Shown: positions 37,864-51,479 of the stretch, in pieces
How positions within the stretch are numbered: the stretch's first letter is position 1
Layout of the letters: the number at the start of each line of letters is the position of its first letter
Assembly (NCBI RefSeq): GCF_964355755.1
Contig: NC_092678.1
Location: forward strand, 13,266,352 to 13,330,351
Direction of reading: 5' to 3'
DNA: 64,000 nucleotides
From: Antedon mediterranea
Taxonomy: Eukaryota; Animalia; Echinodermata
Notes under the pieces: generated by a model
Database searches by the model: none
What the model saw: only the letters and a program-made list of their open reading frames with translations
Told to the model about the DNA's origin: nothing
Position numbers and translations under genes: made by a program

Positions 37864-38580
37864 CTTAATTTCACAATCAAACAGGTTGCTGTTGCTTCCA
37901 AATAGAAGTCAAATTTGTTGTGGACCAGCTGATGCTGAACAATGACAAAATGTATGAAAGATAATACAGTACAGTATAATAATGTGCAAAGAGATATCAA
38001 TTGTTGGCCTTGTTAACATTAAATGCTAAACAAAGAATGAATTAGTTCAAAAATATAAAACAATTATAGGCTCAATAACTGACCAATCGGATTCAGTTAA
38101 CTAAAATGATCAACCAATGAAGTGAATTATAGGCTAATGGCTGTTAACCATAGAGAAATTTTCCACATGAGTTAACAATCAAGTGGTTTTACACATAAAC
38201 AATTAATCAGCAAATTGTTTAATTCAAATCATGAGACAAAATTTGTATTAATTACTAATTAATAGAGTAATAATATTCAGCAGAAAAAAATGTTTGCAAT
38301 ATAAAAGCCTATTTCAATTGAATAATGCTAAATTTAACAAAAGTAACATTACCTAAATTCCATCAGCACCAAATGTGACCATTATGGACCTTAATTAGAT
38401 CATGTGGATGCAGTTCCCATCAAGCTGACTTTCTCGTTGAACACTTTTAGATTTCACTCAATGACCAAAAACTGGATTACAAAAGACCTCGGCGTAAAAT
38501 ATTTAGGTGTACGTCAAATCCAAGTCTCGCCAACTCTCTAATTCTAGTGAGAAATACGATCTGACGCATGCGCAACGTCT
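37864..38580 (-). promoter_or_regulatory. Putative promoter and non-coding leader exons of the EnSpm transcript
   Basis: NRF1-like GCATGCGCA at 38566-38574 in a CpG-richer patch; minus-strand donors at 38352 and 37863, acceptor before 37934. Confidence 0.45.
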
Positions 38581-41500
38581 CAAAATGATGTAATCATCGG
38601 CATGTAAATAAAAGTCTTATAATAGTTCAGACTCGCAAAGTTATTTTTTTCGATGGGTTTACAGTTACTGAAGGTCCTTACTTAAACATGGTGCAAAATA
38701 TGTAATCTAATGTTGCTCCATGATTATATTTTTACCGTAAAACTTCAAAAGAACCCTAGGCCCTATGAGATTCTCCTTTTTTTAAGACTCTTGGGTGGGC
38801 TTCTTTTCGAGATTACTTTTGCAAACCAAACAGGGTGGGGAGGCGTTCTTTTTGAGAGCTTCTTTTCGAAAAGAAGCTCAGTGTAAACTACATCTGGTTC
38901 TACTGGGTAGTGTAGTTAATTGTGTTTGGTAAAATTGCTATACCACCAGTCCATTGGGAGTGACCTTCTCAGATATCACAAGATTTTATGAGAATTCTAT
39001 GCTAATCATTGAAGGCTACTTTCAGTTAAATATTGTATTGTTACCACAGTGTTATTTTGTCATTTTCACAAAGATACTTTTCCATATTCTCTAATAAATG
39101 AACTACAGTATTACTTGCCAGTACAGTACTGTAGTTTACATATTAGGATTTAGAATATTCAAGTATCATGTTATGATTTCCATTACTAAATTGACATATT
39201 CAATTATTTTACACATTTCTTTTAGGAATGGTAAAAAAATGATCTATTTCAAATTGTATATTGTATACAATTTAAATATTGCTAAACAATATATTAAAAC
39301 TATGCATATCATAGGGTGTACAAATTGTCTTCAATCTGATATCTAGCAATTTCCACAAATGTATATTTAGGAAGATACATTCCTATGTAGATGGAATCAA
39401 ACTTTAAAAATTATTGAGACAGCTGCAAAATTTGGTGAATATGAACTTGTACTTAATAAATTACATCCTTGTGCTAAGGATGTCCCTCTGAAATATTAAT
39501 TTTTAAAACAATTTATAATAATTAAAATTAAAGAAATTTTGATTTCTATTGAAGAGTGCTAGGTTTGTACTAATATGTAATAGAGTGTATCATCATGGTA
39601 TTATTAACACTTGAAAGTGTTTCAATTGTTGGTTTCTATCCTTAGGGCACAAGGTATACCATAAGATACTATTATGTTACAATTAAAACATTATAAACTA
39701 TATGGAACGCTGCTTGCGCAACAATTCAGCGAATTTAATTTTGCAAGTGTTGTCGCAGGGTGAATGAAATGCTTCAATCCAGCATTTCAAATCATCATTC
39801 TAAAAGCTGATTCTTGCAGCAATGAATTCCCTAAATATTTGTGTTCCTACATTACAGTACTGACACTCAAGGCTAATGGTTAATGAGGTAACCATTGCAT
39901 CATTGGTTTCACTAACCATATTTTCCCTTAGTTTCTCACTTTGAATTCTTTGTATCATAATAATAATCTCCATGATCTCAATTATTGTATATAATCTTCT
40001 ATAACAATAAAATTTATATATTTAATTCATTACAAAAAGAAAAACATTTTGCTTTTATTGAATCAGATTTTTTATTTATATTTATTTGGATTTACACCTT
40101 TAAATCGGTGGCGCACACACAATATTACGTAACAAATAAGTAATCAAACTATAACATATAACTACAGTAATACAATTTCCACCCCCACCGCACCCCCTTT
40201 TCTTTCAATTTATTTAATACAGCAATGATACAACTTGTTTCAGAGTATATACTAATACATGAGTAAAAAAACAAATTCCACCTCAAAATCAATTCTCATA
40301 CTGGCTTTAGTAGCAATTTTTAGTAGCTTTTATACCATGGATTTCCTCCATGCTTATAGTTATACAAAAAACTATTGGTTTACAAAAAGCAAAACATTTA
40401 ATTTTCCCCAACCTCTTTTCCTTTTCCTGTTGAGTTAATCTAAGTTCTATACGGTTCCTCTAATTCTATATTTTTAGTGATGATAATATAAGGTGGTGAT
40501 TGTGCTCCCATTACTGTACATTCTTGATATATTGTGCTTTTAGACAATGTATTTAAAGTCTACTAAACACTATTGGATGATTTTCATATTTGATATTAAA
40601 GTATGTACAGTATTTTGGTTTACGGTAGTTCGATCATATTTGTTATTATAGATTATTTTTGATCAATTTTGTTTATAATGAAAATTTAATACATACCTGT
40701 TATTATTATTATTGTTATTATTATTATTGAAAAATAAGATTGAGAATGATGACCCCTTGTATAATTAAATGTAATAGCATTATCTATGGTGGTCCTGTTT
40801 TAAATTTGAACAGCAAATGTCTCAAATCTCACTATTAAATTGTACAGTATTATTTTTTGATAAATTTAGGGCAAATGCTTCATAGCACAATAAATTACAT
40901 TATGTTAACAAATGAAGCAACAAATTTATATAACATGTTGATCATTTTAAGAAATTTGTCATTGATGAATAATAATTACCAATTTAAAATACCCCTTTTC
41001 ATTTTATTATGTGAACTCTTTGTATAGATATCATGTAAAAACACAATCCTTGTATTGGGGGATGATCTCATGAAAATTAGATCCATTAAAATACAAGGTA
41101 CATGCAAATTATGAATCAAACTATGAAATACTTTTTCGAAATGAAAAATAATAATTTTATTGAACATATGCTTTTATACAGCAGCACACTTTGACATGAA
41201 GGTGAGGAAACTTAAACTACTAGTAATACTATATTTATATAGACAAATTACAAAAGTACCATATTTGACCTATTATTACAAAACACCTACATTAAAATAC
41301 ATTTAAAAAGTGGTTAGAATGATCATAAAAAATTAAAATTACACAGTAATGTCAATTCCAAATGAATATTATTATTATGAATGTGGGTTGTATTTATTGT
41401 TATTGTGTCATTGGTTATTTGGTTTAGTGGATGGTGGTACTATCTGAGTGTTATCTGTTTAATTTTAGTTTACTTTTTATTTTATAGTATATTATATATG

Positions 41501-41593
41501 TGTGAAGCCATGTCCCTTGTGTCGTGAAACTTGTGTAGTAGTGTAACTATTTAGTATCCCATCAATCAATCTCACTCATTTCCTGGTAACTTA

Positions 41594-42265
41594 GGCCCTA
41601 TTTCTGCTGCCAATAAACAATACAGTATTTTTTTTTACCTGCGACATGATCGGTCAACATCGTGTTTTTATTTTCTGTCGCTGTCAGCTGTTTTACACAC
41701 GTGTATAGATATATTCGACGAAAATGTGGAGCAAAGACGTCACAGTATTTACTATATAAATCTGTGTGGGGAAGGAGGGGTGGAGAAGGAGGGGGTGGGG
41801 AAGCTAAAATTTTTGGCCAACTAAAAGGTAATAAAAGGGACAACCAACATTTATAAAGACATTTCTAAAAAACATAAAGCAGGAGTACGGAATATACTTG
41901 TCTCCAAAGCAAGTAAACTCAAAGCTGAAGAGCCTGCAAAAGCAGTACAACATTGCAAAAGACAATAACTCGGGGAGGGAATGAATTACTTGTCCGCATT
42001 ACGATGTTTTCTGTGCTCTCACAACATCTCTATCACTAGGCTGTTGAAAGTGAGACGTAAAACATCCTTTAAGGCTTTATTGCGAATTTTAATTATCGAC
42101 CAAATAAATGAATGGCAATTTGGGTAAAAAGGATGAAATTTAACACGACTACCCAAGAAGTATTGTTAGCAGAAACGGGGTACTGAAAAATACGATATAA
42201 AAAATACCGTATTTTATACTGTATTTTTAAACCGTATTTTAAGTAGTTGCAGCAGAAACAGGCCC
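41594..42265. mobile_element. PIF/Harbinger-type MITE
   Basis: TIR GGCCCTATTTCTGCTGC / GCAGCAGAAACAGGCCC; 3-bp TSD TTA on both sides. Confidence 0.75.
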
Positions 42266-43230
42266 TTATTCTATATGAATGAGTCAGGTATATCAGAGGT
42301 GGGCCTGTAACCAGGAATGTACCTCTCTGGTCAAGACTTCAATAACTTTTGCTCCCATAGGATACAACTAGGTTCATTTACCTTTTATAAGTACTACTAG
42401 TACTGCATAATTAGGAACAGTAAAGTCATATCTGAATTGAAGTTCTAATATATATATTAATAGTTTATTTTGTATTTTTGTAGTTAAGTTAAGTGTTAAA
42501 ATAAATTATTATTATTAATGGTCTCCCTTCCTTTGATGTTTTTATGGCCTCCAGATGTTACTTGCCAGTGTTTGCAATAGAGATAACATTAAATGAAGTT
42601 AGGTCCTAATTGTAAACTTAACTAAGAATTATTAATTGGCTTAAACAAATTTATGATAATAGGGTAAAGTCAAATAAAAGTAAAATTAATTAAAATGAGA
42701 TATAAATTTAAATAGAAGAATAACAGCTATTTATCTCCCTGGCTCAATGTAGTTATGAAATTAGAGAAGGTAAAGGTTGTTCTCATATTTTAAAGATACA
42801 TTCCAATACACTTGCTTTAGATAGATATTTATGTAAATAGGTCATAGTTTTATAAATATGGTAACTACACAACAAATTTACCAAATACCAGGTCATTGCA
42901 GACTAATGGAAATTTGGATAACATTTGTAAATGTTTGTATGTCTATGCGTATAAAACTCAAATTGCCAAATGGGTTTAATCCTCTAAAAATAGAACGACT
43001 ATACAAAGTTTGTCGCAGTGTGAATAAAAATGCTTCAATGTTAAAAGAAACCAATTTCCTGAGATGTTTTTCTTGGTCTTGATTTTATCCTGCATTTCAA
43101 ATCATCATCAAGAAAGCTGACTCTTGCAACACCACTCAAGGCTAATGTACTTAATGCATCATTGGTTTCAGTAACCAAATTGTCCCTTAGTTTCTCACTT
43201 TTACCTCTAATAATCTAAACTAGTTATGTT

Positions 43231-43690
43231 ATGGCTAACTTGGTTAAAATTTATTGGAGTAACTTAAGTAATCAAACTGGTGTCAATACTTATAATGATA
43301 TAGTTATCAATAGTCATGTTTCTGATGTTAGGGAAAATTATATAAATTATGTCAATGATGATCCACAAAAAGTACTGGATGATATAAGAATTTCATTTGA
43401 AGATGTTAAAAGTTCAATACTTCGTTCTAAAACAATAAAGCACCTGGTGTTGATGGCATCACTAACGAATTGTTAAAGAATGGAGGTGACTGCCTTATTA
43501 GGTCACTTACATATCTCTAACTATTTTGTTACATCAGAGAGAATTCCCACCGAGTGGAATAAGGGATCATTATACCTACCCATAAAAAAGATAGTAAGAA
43601 CTTTAAATAACTAGAGGTATTACATTATCATCATGTGTTGCTAAAATTTTCAATCGTATTATTTGTGATCGTATCTCAGAATTTCTCTAG
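43231..43690 (+). mobile_element. Decayed LINE RT N-terminal fragment
   Basis: KAPGVDGITNELLKNGG, IPTEWNKGIIIP.HKK, RGITLSSCVAKIFNRII across frameshifts. Confidence 0.8.
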
Positions 43691-44255
43691 AGCATGGGCC
43701 TTTAGACAACGTATCAAGTCTAACATTATTGAATGATTTTTATATTTTAGTTATCTTACTGTTTTCTTTTGTTAATCAATTCTGTTTACAGTCATCAAAT
43801 AATTCACTACAGCTGAAATAATCTAATCTATGCTTTCCTGTTTATTGATGTCCCTAATTTGGGTTCCTATTGTTCCTTATCATTTTTGCTGGTAGACACT
43901 GTGTATCAAGAGTGTGTATATCTTAACATATCTAAGTACTGTATATTCCTTTGTTCATATACTAATTGATATCCTAATTTAGTTTCCAAAGTATGTGGGT
44001 TGCATTTAATTGGTATTAGTATTACAGTTTATTTTTAATTTGGTTTTATCGAATTTTCAATAAAAACTAATTGATCATCTTTCTTATTTTTGACTTATTT
44101 CTTGAATGCTATTTGGAATTTTTTTTTAATGGTTCAACAAAATTTAAACACCATTTATTACTAGATAAAATCTATGATTTATATCAAGATAAAACAATTT
44201 GCTCAATTTTTGGACTATAATTGTGTAAATCATTTTTAATTACAGCTATAGTTAA

Positions 44256-47078
44256 GTCTAGGACCTGGGTCAAATTTGTATGCATTTAATTTAGGAGAGA
44301 ATATCTCAACTGTTAGGATAATTTGACACCAACGAACAACATGGAATGTGTGCTGAATTTGCTATCCGGGGCGAACATGCCCAAAATCGGGGCCAAAGGT
44401 TCTTATATCTCGACAACCACTTGTCGTACAGATTTGCTTTTGGTGACAAATTGTTCAGAAAATACATATTTATATTCAGTCTAACACAACCTCTAACGAA
44501 AAAAATGACTGGAAATGCTTTTACTGACCTTTGACCCCAAAATGACCAAAAAACACATTTTCAGGTTAAATTATTCTTTAAAATGCCGATGGACAAACTG
44601 TATGGTATCAAATGAAAGCATACACAATATGCTACCCAACTTGTATTGAAAATTTTTAATTATGAATCTAATTATATGGAAAATGTGCATATTTTGATTA
44701 CTTTTATACAAAAAATGAATAATTGGTAGCGTAATTGTTATGTTTATTTATATAATATACACATTTTTAGGTTAAATTATTCTTTAAAATGCCAATGGAC
44801 AAACTGTATGGTATCAAATGAAAGCATACAAAATATGCTACCCAACTTGTATTGAAAATTTTTAATTATGAAGCTAATTATATGGAAAATGTGCATATTT
44901 TAATTACTTTTATACAAAAAATGAATAATTGGTAGCGTAATTGTTATGTTTATTTATATAATATTAAATAATTTAAGTGTTTGGAAAAACTATTTGGTAT
45001 CAAATGAAAGCCCATAAAATATTCTACCCATTGCTACCCAACTTTTATTAAAAATCTGTAATTATAATGCTAATTTTGTTAAAAATGTACATATTTTATT
45101 ATTTTTTTACAAAATGAGTATATTAAATAGTGTTAATTTATTTTGATTTTTATTTATAATATTTAATAATTCAAGTGTTCTTTTGGTGTCAAATTGTTCA
45201 GAATATACATATTTGTATTCGGTCTAACACAACTTTTAGCGGAAAAATGACCGGAAATGCTGTCACTGACCTTTGACCTAAAAATTACCAAAAAACACAT
45301 TTTCTGGTTAAATTATTCTTTATAATGCCAATAGATAAACTGTATGGTATCAAATGAAAGCATACACAATATGCTACCCATTGCTACTCAACTTGTATTG
45401 AACATTTTTAATTATGAAACTAATTGTATGGAAAATGTGCATATTTTGATTACTTTTATACAAAAAACGAGTATTTGGTAGCGTAATTGTTATGTTTTTT
45501 TATATAATATTAAATTATTTAAGTGTTTGAAAAAACTATTTGGTATCAAATGAAAGCCCATTAAATATTCTTTCCATTGCTCCCCAACTTGTATTAAGAA
45601 TCTGTAATTAAGTTGTGTTTTTTTTATATCTAGGCTGAGGATAGTCTAGATCATTATCCTATAACACTAACAGTTGAGATATTCTCTCCTAAATTAAATG
45701 CATACAAATCTGACCCAGGTCCTAGACTATATGACTATACATTCATTTTAACTATTATTCATATTGCGTGTTACTTTGTCCAATTTGTTAAATTTATTGG
45801 ATATTTTACGTACTGGTGGCCATCTCGGATTTGACACCCTTAATCTTTTTTAGAAAAATGGCAACATATTTTTTGTATTACTTTACAACGTAGAGAAACT
45901 AAATCAGCTGGAATTTTGCTTTTAACAAAAAATGACAAAAAAATTACATAGTGGCCTATTAATATGAATATATATGTTCCGAGTATTTTGATACCAATAT
46001 CATTTTGATAGACCAAAGGGTTACGGAGATAGGGCAATTTGGATGCCATTTTGAAATTGCATTGAAAATCTGTAATTATGAATAATGATGTAGATTTTTT
46101 TTTTAAATTTGCATATTTTATTAGTTTTTGACAAAAATGAGGATATTAAATAGTGTAAATTTATTTTGTTTTATTTATAATGATTAAATTATTAAAGTGT
46201 TTAGAAGATCTATTCAGTATCAAATGAAAGCCCATAAAAATATTCTATACATTGCTACCCAACTTGTATTGAAAATCTAATTATGATATTTAACAACAAA
46301 ATGTGCATAAGTTTTGACAGAAATGAGTGCTGTATACTGTACGTAAGTGCAAGTAGTGTACATTTATTTTGTATAATAAATCAATATTTTTTTAGTTTTA
46401 ATGAAATATGTGACACTATATCAAATGAAAGCCAATCAAATATGCTATCCAATTGAATTGTAAAGTTAAAATTAATAAAGCTACTTTAGAAAATGTTTTA
46501 TAATATTATAAATAAACCAAAATAAATTTACACTACTTACTGTATACTCATTTTTTTCCAAACACTGATGATGTAATGATTTAATATTATATAAATAAAC
46601 ATACCAATTATGCTACCATTCATTTTTTGTATAAAGGTAATCAAAATATGCACATTTTCCATACAATTAGCTTCATAATTAGAAATGTTCAATACAAATG
46701 CTTTCATTTGATACCACACAGTTTGTCCTTGGCATTTTAAGAATAATTAAACCTGAGAATGTGTTTTTTGGTCATTTTTGGGTCGAAAGTCAGTAAAAGC
46801 ATTTCCACTCATTTTTTTCGCTAGAGGTTGTGTTAGACTGAATATAAATATGTATATTTTGAACAATTTGTCACCAAAAGCAAATCTGTACGACAAGTGG
46901 TTGTCGAAGATATAAGAACCACACATTTTCAACTTTTGACCCCGATTTTGGGCATGGTCGCCCCAGATAGCGAATTTGGCACACATTCCATGTTGTTCGT
47001 TGGGGTCAAATTATCCTATAACAGTTGAGATATTCTCTCCTAAATTAAATGCATACAAATCTGACCCAGGTCCTAGAC
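44256..47078. mobile_element. Non-autonomous long-TIR element with one left end and two right ends
   Basis: Left gtctaggacctgggtca at 44256; right tgacccaggtcctagac ending 45727 and 47078; ~500-bp inverted arms; internal tggtatcaaatgaaagc repeats. TSD and superfamily unresolved. Confidence 0.75.
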
Positions 47079-47419
47079 AACGGAAACATTAAAAAACATT
47101 TCAACCCCTTAATAAACATTTTTCTTAATTGTTTTTTTTTTTTCAAATTTTAGCTTTAGAATAGATTTTACTATTATGAAAATTGTGCATTGTCAATTGT
47201 CCTTAAGATCGACAATTGTCCTTAATATGCACTTATTTCTTAAATGTATTGTTTATAGGTCATAGATTTTACAAATATGGTACAGTATTGTTAATTGTTA
47301 TAACTTTTTGTGAACATTTTGTATGGGTTGAACCTCTCGTTACGTGTTCCTCCGTTTTAAAGGAGAGAAACCAATAACTATTATTATTATATTATGTTGG
47401 CACCTTTATCAACTCAGTA

Positions 47420-47600
47420 AAGGCACCATAGCAGAGCTATTAAAGCAACATAATATAAGTCCTATTGAAACTTTTAATCATTTCAGGATATTGTCTAAGT
47501 GCAAATCCAAATTTGATTGTTTAATTAAGGAAATGCTCTGGATCAAAGAACTGAACCTACACTTAATAAACAAAGCGATTCAGTCAAAGCTAAATTGTTT
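47420..47600 (+). mobile_element. Penelope GIY-YIG C-terminal fragment
   Basis: HFRILSKCKSKFDCLIKEMLWIKELN. Confidence 0.6.
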
Positions 47601-47899
47601 ATTAATTAAGAAGGATGAGCTTAATAACTTAAGTTCTCAGTATTGTAGGCCTTTTTTGATGTTAATTAACCAATTAATTAGTATTTCCTGTTACCCATTG
47701 GTGTTTATTGTTTTGTATAATCGATCTTGTTTTTTGTTATTAAATTTTATTGTCAATTAGTTATATAGTAAGCGTCTATTAATTGTATAACAACAACATT
47801 TTTATATTTAATGACAGAAAGAGAGATTGACCTTTTGCTTTCATTAATTCAGATTAGCAAGAAAAAAAAAATGTTTGTCTTTCTTCTTACAACTAAGAA

Positions 47900-48500
47900 T
47901 AATAGAACTTGAATGAAGCTCAATTGATTGGAATGAGAGTATATACTAGAATTATTTAGTAATCAACAAAAAAAACCAAAGAGATGATAATTTATATCGG
48001 CAAGGTACATATAGTTTAGAATATCTTAAAAATGAAATTATTGAAGAAGTTAACGAATACAAATATTTAGATACTACCATAGTAGACAACAAATTTAATG
48101 TTACAACTCAGTCAGATGAAAAGCAAATCAGCAATTGTATTTTTTAAGAAAACTTAACTATTTTAACGTAGATAAAACGATTTTAATAAATTTTACAAAT
48201 CTGTTGTCCTTAGCATTTTAACTTTAAATTGTATATATGGTAACGTGACGAAAGCAATCAAAAACAAACTTAAGAATGTAAAGCTGCTAAACGTATAATA
48301 GGAGAGTGGAAATTGTTATTGAAACCTTAGAAACAATTTATACCAGCTGAACTCAAAAGAAAGTTATTAAGATTATTAAAAAAAAATCATTAATTAAAAT
48401 ATAAATATAATAGATCTGGCATAAGATTATGTGTACCGCGTACTCATATGACAAGATATAGGAATTCTTTTTATCCAAATTCAATTTTCAAATTTAATTA
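47900..48500 (+). mobile_element. Decayed LINE (L2/Rex-like) RT C-terminal fragment
   Basis: KTKEMII, IEEVNEYKYL, QQLYFLRKLNYFNVDKTIL, FYKSVVLSILT in shifting frames. Confidence 0.72.
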
Positions 48501-51479
48501 GGCGCTAATTTTGTTACTTATCATTTTTATTATGTATGCCAAAGGAAAGCAAATTTCCACAAATTATTGGACGAATAAAATATATATTATATCTGATCTT
48601 AAACCTATTATAATTTATAGGTCCATCAATGATACCAACACACAGATTTATTTGATTTATTTTATATACTATCATCATGTAATTATTTTTAAACCATGAT
48701 TTGACCAAAAAGATTGTATCCTTTTATTTTGTATATTAATTGTAGTAAGGGATTGTAATGCTTTTATAACCATACTACACAACTGCTCTTAGTCTTATCT
48801 CTGTGAGTGATAATAAAAATCTCCCTCCCCATTAAATAACACCCACCTCTCCCTTGTACCCTAATGACATTCACACAGAGGTTCCAAATATATTGAAAAG
48901 ATCGTTTTTTTATGTTGCGTCATTAAAAATCTGTAATTTAACGAGAAAATGTGACTTTTATACGCAATTTTTTCCACTCATGTCGTAAATTGTTTACCAC
49001 AAATGCGATGGAGCGTGACCGAAATTACGATACGCCATCAGCGCCCGTTGACAAAATATGCTATAAAACCTATAATTGACTGTTTATAGAATAATGTAAA
49101 TTTAATTTACAATAAATACTCAATGAAATATATGACATAATACAGAAATCCAAATATAAATTGAAATATTTACAGATAATGTGTTTAAAAATATCAAATA
49201 AAAACGGCCTTCCATAACATAAAGTGCGCCCTCAATCGTCATACATTTATCAAACTTTTGAATTTTATGTTTATGTTTTATGCCATCACAAATCGCAAAA
49301 TATATTTTTCTACTTTATGTTATTGTTAACTAGATTAAGAAGGAAAAAATCCATTTTGCGTCTACAAGATAATAATTTCACTTTCCAAACTTTAACAGCG
49401 GAAAACGGCCAGTTTGTGATTAGTCAGAATTAGAAAATATTTACTCATTCTTCCCTAAAGGATGGTGGAGCTGAATTGTATTGGCATCCCACATTGTGTG
49501 ACGTTTTGAGACATTTTAGAATAAATTTCATCCCAAGTGTTATTTGAAAATATATTATTGAAAAAAAAACAAAACAACGCTTTCCTCAATTACGTTGTTG
49601 CCAAATTGAATACTGGTTCTTCAAGTTGTGTATGACCGAATCGAATTAACACGGGTGTTAAGATAAACAAATACACCATCATCCAGACTGCACCTCCCTT
49701 CCTAGACTCATAATAACTACTGTACGCATCTTGGCCCACTACAATTCAGAGAATTAAAACGCATAATATTTAAGAGAGACTTGTTTCCATTTAAAAAGAC
49801 GTTGAAGAAGATGGATAAATGGTGAAAGGCGAATGTAATTTCTTCATAGAATGTCAACAACCATATTATTATTTTCCCATAAAAAAGGCCTATATAAATT
49901 TGGAAAAGAAAAATTATCAAACTTTGCTAAGAAAAATATAAGATAAGAACTAAAAACAAATACATGTAAAAACTGCTGGTGTGTGGTGGTGCAGGCAGGC
50001 AATAAGCTAGGCAGATTCCGACTATACAGACATTTTGCGAAAGATCTGATCCTGCTATTTTTTCTAATGTCCTTTCTATGACTTAATATTCGCAATAGTT
50101 TTTAAATTGTCTGAATTTTATTTCAAAACCCAATACCAACAGCAAAATTAACTCGCAAATATAACAGGAAGGTTTTCCGAACACCATGATCTGTTGTCAA
50201 AATCTGCAATTATTGTGTGAAATGAGAATATTATATCTTATATGTTTGAACAATGTAAATATAGCTAGTTAACTATTTCAGAGGTACGTTTACAATCTGC
50301 GTAGGAACCTTTTTGAAAAGTCTTTGTAGGGCCTCATCGCATAAATGTGTTTCTTTCATCTCTGTTTATTCCGTTCCGTTTACATTGTATGTTTGCCAAT
50401 GTTTTTATTGAATTAAAAATTGATAGTTGGTAACTAATGTAAAGAGGGTTTGTGCAAAATGTGGTCATCCCTAACCAGAGCTGCTTAGGAGTAGTTTTGG
50501 TCATATATTTTGTAGAAACAGCACTTGTGACAAAATCCGCCGTCAATATGTGCTGACAACCACATTATTTTGTGCAAACTTGCCACCCTCAATGTGCAAT
50601 TGATGTATCAATTGATTTCTACACTTGTGTTGTTTTTGAGGGAAATTATAGGTTCAAATCGGCAAAAAATAATCACCCAAACATGACGCCGTTATATGTA
50701 ACAAATGTTGATGTTAAATGTGCAAATAATATTTTTATTTTAATCAAAAAACTGTTTGCTAATGTGATATTGAACGGCTGGTAATAATATGTATATTTGT
50801 AACACGAAACATTTTTTTTGTGTTAAATTCAATTCAAATTCACATTTATTTAGCCAAAAGCAGCATGGACCTTACACTCGAAAAACGGCATTCTGTAGTA
50901 GTACCGGTAAGTCCATTTACAAAAATAAAAATAAGTCATAATATTATTGCTGAGAATTCTAAATTAACTTCAATCTGTGGAAGTAGTGTCATCATCAGCT
51001 ATAGACACGATCGTACATCCAATATCATCGGACAAAATGTGTTGTTTTTTAGAAGACAGCATCTTTTATTCTGGATTACACAATCATATCTGCAAGGTGG
51101 ACAAGGACGACACATCCCATTTTGGATACATACTCAGTGTTATTGCATTTTTGCTATTTATTATTGAATTTTTCAAACAAAAATATAGTATAGATAGTAA
51201 CAACGGATAGGATTATGTGCTAGATGTATCCCGGGTCGTCCCTATGCAACGTATTTTGGTGTTGAAATATTATACTATATAGGGGGCGCTATAACAAGCA
51301 AAAATTGTATTCATAAAAGCATGCCCAGCAAATTCATATCCGAATATCAGCAACAGAATTCATTTACGGCCTACAGAATTTTGCAAATCAAGATTTTATA
51401 AGATATCTCAACGTTAAAATCATATTGATGTTTTAGTTAAACGTTTTTGGGATAGGATCCCGTTATTATCAAGAGGTGT

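Noticed and set aside
49400-51200. Possible decayed coding region
   Set aside because: Composition looks slightly coding-like, but I could not recognise any consistent protein motif; needs a translated search.
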